Below are positions 59,143-64,000 of a stretch of DNA of 64,000 nucleotides, in pieces. Made by a program: the position numbers and the translations under genes. The notes beneath the pieces are model-generated. The model was not told the origin of the DNA and ran no database searches. It saw only the letters and a program-made list of their open reading frames with translations. The DNA comes from Paraspadella gotoi (taxonomy: Eukaryota > Animalia > Chaetognatha): positions 1,013,756-1,077,755 of the forward strand of contig CM119263.1 of assembly GCA_051294375.1 (NCBI GenBank), in the 5' to 3' direction. Numbering within the stretch: position 1 is the stretch's first letter; each line of letters starts with the position of its first letter.

Positions 59143-60549
59143 GACGGTTGGAGCGAAAAGGGAATTGGGGCGTCGTATTTAGAACCGAAACGCAGAGTCG
59201 GTTTGTGACGTTTAGACGTGACGCTTTTTTTTTTACGTTGTTTAATGTTTAGTTTAATGTTTAGTTTAATGTTTTGTAAATATTTTTTTTTTTGTTCGAA
59301 TGGTCGATTTTTAAATAGAGAGATTACTTGAGGCCGATCTCTTATTCAGTGTTAAGGTGCGGCAAAGGACTCCGGTTGCGGCAAATTACTCCGGTTTGCA
59401 GCAAAGAAAACTTCCTGCTTTTCGATGCTGCATCCAAGGACATTGAGGAAAAGATTGAGGAAAAGATTGCAGAATGTCTTTTTGTTCCGTCGAATCAAAA
59501 AGTCTTTTTCGTGTTTGCGTCGATTTCAGGTTGGAATACAAAAAAAGAGAAAATTAGATAAGTTTTTTTATAGTGTGATTCTTTGTTTTGATCTCTTCTT
59601 CTCATAATCTCTCTCTCTTCTCATCTCTACTCGTGTCTCTTCTGTTCTCCTCTCTCTCCCTCTCCCTCTCTCTATTTGGGACGAAAAAAACGGGAATGGA
59701 AACACCGGAAAAAGATGAAGACAGAATCGTAGTTTCAGATAGAAATAGAATCCGGGATGTCCATAGATGTTTATAGATATTTTAAAGTCAATTATAGATG
59801 GTTAAGTAATCGTTGATCGTAGCTGCATTCGGCATGAGAAATTGTTTCAGATAAGAAAAGAACTGACGTTACAGATGGGGAAGAAGCCGAAGATATCAAC
59901 AGATGGTGAAACAGACGAGTCCCTTTTTTTTCTCGCTCTGAGGATTTGAATCGAAATCGATCGAAGATTTAATCCTTGAAATTATTTTCCGACTTTTTGA
60001 GTTTCAGTTTTAAACGGTTTTTTTTTTTCTTTCATGTTGCGTGCCGCTGCGAAGGAGAGAGGAAAGAGAGGGTAAAGGAGAAAAAAGAAATGGTAGGGGA
60101 GAGAAAAGAGGGAGAAAAGGAAGCTGGAACGAAAAGTGACGCGGCACTGGGGAGATAGAAACTTAGGGTGAGTTGAGAGGTTACGAGGTAAGTTCGTCTT
60201 TCTTGAAAATGATCACTTTCGACTTCGACTTTTTACAATTTTTTTTCGGCGAAACTTTTTCCCTTTTTTTCCTATTTTTTTTTCTTTCAACGACTCCGCT
60301 CCTGTTTCAGAAGAGACGACTCGCTCCAGGAAGGACGGACGGCTCCAACAAGAAAGGAGTAAACAAAGTTTCTGGAAACCCGAGATTTTTATTTTTCTTC
60401 GCGCGCTGCGATTAATTAGTTTCTCCAATAATTGCACCGTTCACCCGATGCTCTTTTTTTTTCCATCTTTCTTTTCTTTCTTTCTTTATTTATTTTTCTT
60501 GGTCTTCCATTTATTGCTTTTCTTCTTTTATGATTTAGATTTCTTTTGC

Positions 60550-60805
60550 TCTTTGTGTCAGATTGTCTCTTTGTCTCTGCTCTTTGTCTCAGATTGTCCC
60601 TTCGCTCGTATTTGTCTAGATGATTCTTGTCTCTGCTCTTTGTTTCAGATTGTCTCTTGTCTCTGTCTTTGTCTCAGATTGTTCTGTTTGTTAGATGTCT
60701 TTGTTCTCTGCGTCTTTTGTCTCAGATTGTCCTTTGTCTCTGCTCTTTATCTCAGATTGTCTTCTCGCTCTTCTATCTCAGATTGTCTCTTTGTCTCTGC
60801 TCTTT
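60550..60805. repeat. ~30-bp tandem repeat
   Basis: tcagattgtctctttgtctctgctctttg recurring. Confidence 0.85.
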
Positions 60806-61096
60806 TGCTGCTTAATTCTCTTGACTGTTTCTTTCCTTTTTTGTTCCTTCTCTTTTACTTCCAATACTCTTCTCCTTTAATTTTCTCCTCCTCTCTTTTT
60901 TCTTCTCTATCTCACCCTCTCTATCTTTCTTCTCTTTTTAACCCTGAAATCCTTTGTCTCTCTTCTCTTCCTTCTTATCTTTTCCTCTTCCTCCTGCTCC
61001 TCCTCTTCCTCCTCTTCCTCCTCCCCCCCGCCCTTTCAACGACGTCGACGCCTCAAGAGAATCTTAAACCTTCAAACGTCGATCCTCTTGACGATT

Positions 61097-61325
61097 GGAT
61101 ATCCGCTTCTCAGATCAGGGATTTTCCGCTTCTGAGATCAGGGATTTTCCGCTTCTCAGTTCAGAGATTTTCCGCTTCTCAGATCCAGGATATTCGTTTC
61201 TGAGTCTAAGGATTTTCTGCTTCCAAGACCCAGGATATCCGCTTCTGGTTTCAAGGAGTTTTCGCTTCTAAGATCCAGTACATCTGATTTTGAGTTCCAC
61301 TTCTAGATTATCTGCTTCTAAATTT
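61097..61325. repeat. ~22-bp tandem repeat
   Basis: ggattttccgcttctcagatca recurring. Confidence 0.85.
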
Positions 61326-64000
61326 CAAGTTCTCCATTTAACTGTTAAACTAAAATTACAGACTTCATTGTACACAATGTAATTCAAAATATTCCTGTTG
61401 ACAGGACAAAAGAAAATCTTTTTCTCAGTTTCCAATATTTTTATGTTCAGGTTATTTATTATTACTATTAACAATCACATCCCAAGCTTTGAGTTTATAT
61501 CCACACAGAAGAAAGTTCCTCATTTGGTTTCCTCAATCCCTTATCATTTTTTAGTTTAAATAACTTTCGCTTCTGTGATGTTTATTTCCGCTTCTGAGAA
61601 GATTTAATCTTCGCTTCCAAGTCGTTTACTCCTTTTGTTTTTTTCGAAAAAAAAAAAAAAACTCGAGACGAAGACGAATCGAATTTTGTCTTCGAAGAAA
61701 CAAAGGACGGTGCGGGGAAGATGGCACGCTGACTCGGGGTAGATGGCATGAGAACGACGTCAAGAGGACTGAGACACCGGGGGAGATGGCAAGGAGAATA
61801 AGACGCCGAATCGGCGTTCTTAGTTGAGGAGAAAAGGAAATTTTCGGGTCAGGAAGTTGAAAGGATAGAATCGGGATTATGGCACGAGGAGGAAAACTCG
61901 AAAAAAGTAAAAAGCTTCGAGTTTAAAATAGAAACGAAAGGCGAGAGATGGAAACGACGAGAGTTATTTTTAGAACATCGTGACTTCGTTGGATCGAGAA
62001 AAGAGCGAGAGAGAGAAAGACTTTTCAGTTCAATTTCTTTCTTTTTTTTTTAATCTGGGAGAAACTTTTAAGTCGGACGAAGAGTTTGTTGACTTTCGTT
62101 GCTAAGAGACGAAATTGTTAAATAGATTTCTCGAAATTCTGTTGTTGCTGCTGAGATTTAATGTTAAAGTTGATGTTGATTCTTTCTTTTTCTCCTCCGT
62201 TTGTGAAGTGAAGCGGTTTCGCGCTCACGTGACTCGTGGACTCAAAAACATCTGAAAATACCAAAAAAAATTAAGAGAAAATATATTTAAAGAAAATTAA
62301 TTAGTTATCACGGACGGTAGATTGGTAGATTGGTAGATTGGTAGATTCACGTCTAATAAATGAATGCGTAATATTTAATGGGAAGACGATTAACCTAATC
62401 TCAGCTAATTGAGCGCGTCCCACTTCCGACGGAATAGTTCGCTCTCTTCGACGCTTAATCGAAGGGAAGATAAAAATCGCTTGGGTCATCGTCGTCGTCG
62501 TCGTTGTCGTCGTCGCCGTCGTCTTACACAATGAATGTCTATAGCGCCGTCTAAAAATAGAACTATTGATAAAAGATAATTTCACTGAATCAGTTTCGGT
62601 TGAACGGGTTTAGTATAGAAATGTCTATCAAAGAAAGACAGACGCCAGATTCAAAACGAAAATTCAATTCTTGAGAAATCATCCTTTTTTTTTTTTGCTT
62701 TCTTCTTGGTTTCCTCGTGTTGGATATGTGGATCGATTTTAAACTTTTTAATTTTAATCTTTCGACAAAATAAAAAAATTAAATATCGTCACAAGAATTT
62801 TTTTTTTTAAATAGTTGTGGCGGTATATTCCGACCGCCTCAACTCCATCTTGATTCAGCCAAAACCCATTGGCTCAAAAGGGAAATGTACCATCCCAAGC
62901 GTTGTGTTCCATCCACAGTCCTTACGACTTCCCTCTGCGTTGGCAAAGCGTCACCATCCTTGGGTTGGGTAACCCAAATCCAACAGTGAAATTCCGCATC
63001 CGGCTGTTTCAATATTTTTTTTTCCCCAAGACCTCATAATAAATCTGTTCTTTACTTATCATTACGGTAATTATCTTCAGTAAAAACTAAAAGGTTGTAT
63101 ATAAAATTCGTACAACCATTATAGTATATTATTTTTTAATATATTTACACCTCGTTGTTCAAAGCTTTTGTTTACAGTTTAGAATTTTGTGTTTAAACTT
63201 TCAACACTTCACCTTCTTATTCATATTCATTCGTTCTTCTTGTCTTTAACAAATAATATTTAAACAAAAATGAATCAACTAAAAATCGTAAACTAAATTT
63301 TTTATTTTCCTTCAAATCAAACATTTTCTTTCAAATTTTTTTCGTCCAGAGAAAAAAATGAGGAAAAAACTTTGTGTTCGTGACATCGACGACGACGACG
63401 ACGACGAGACGACGACGCACGACAATGACGTCAATGACGAGAGACCTCCCCCCCGCCACTTCGCTCTGCCGTCCTGCGCCGCCGCCCGCCCGGCCGATCC
63501 GCCGCCTGAGATTGTAATCCCATTCCCTACTGGATTCTTAATAGTATTCTCCTTTTCTTTTCTTTCCTTTACCTTTTCCTCTCTTTACTTTTTCTCTTCA
63601 TCCCTTTCTTCTTCCTCCCTTCCTTTACCTGTCCTCCCTTTCCTTTATCTTTTCCTCCCTTTCCTTTTTCTCTCTTTCCTTTCTCTCCATCTCTTCTCTC
63701 ATATTCTCTTTCCTCCCCTAAATGGCATCAGCATCGAACCCTCTCCAGCTTGACCCCCTCCTCTCTCCAGGACCTTTTAAAACCCGTTAACTTGTGAACC
63801 TTTAAACCTCTAAAACATCTTTCCTTTCTTTCCTTTCTTTCCTTTGACCTCATAATCATTTTCCCTTGCTTATTTTCTTCCTTCCTTTATTTTTCAACCG
63901 TTCATCTTTCCTTATTTCCCTTTTCTCTTCTATATTTCCATTCTCCCCCTTTATCCTTGCCAACCCAATCGGTCCTTCCTAATCTTAGTACCACAATAAA

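Noticed and set aside
60448-61203. 251-aa Leu/Cys/Phe-rich ORF
   Set aside because: Made of pyrimidine-rich tandem repeats; no domain signal

Overview
Eukaryotic, probably invertebrate animal, genomic DNA. It is AT-rich, full of (AG)n, (GAC)n and (CAT)n microsatellites, and has GT-AG introns; almost all ORF-track entries are microsatellite noise. Read by hand, the window contains: (1) a partial minus-strand SGSM/RUTBC-type Rab-GAP gene (18 phase-consistent exons, 52131->32003) whose two ends lie outside the window; (2) an intronless-CDS, non-alpha nicotinic-receptor-like Cys-loop subunit (57729->55813) with an anion-type 'ESPGR' M1-M2 linker, apparently inside an SGSM intron on the same strand; (3) a 4-exon GT31 beta-1,3-glycosyltransferase (+, 26965-28996), apparently inside another SGSM intron; (4) a ~13 kb tandem duplication (10641-23715 vs 23725-35860) whose left copy is full of 1-nt indels (probably a gap-fill or haplotype artefact) but carries a private 8-bp-TSD MITE; (5) a family of Penelope-type minimal hammerhead ribozyme motifs, a tRNA-derived SINE, MITEs, RFX X-box clusters, and tandem repeats anchored on splice junctions. 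All coordinates and alignments were done by eye; no database searches were run.
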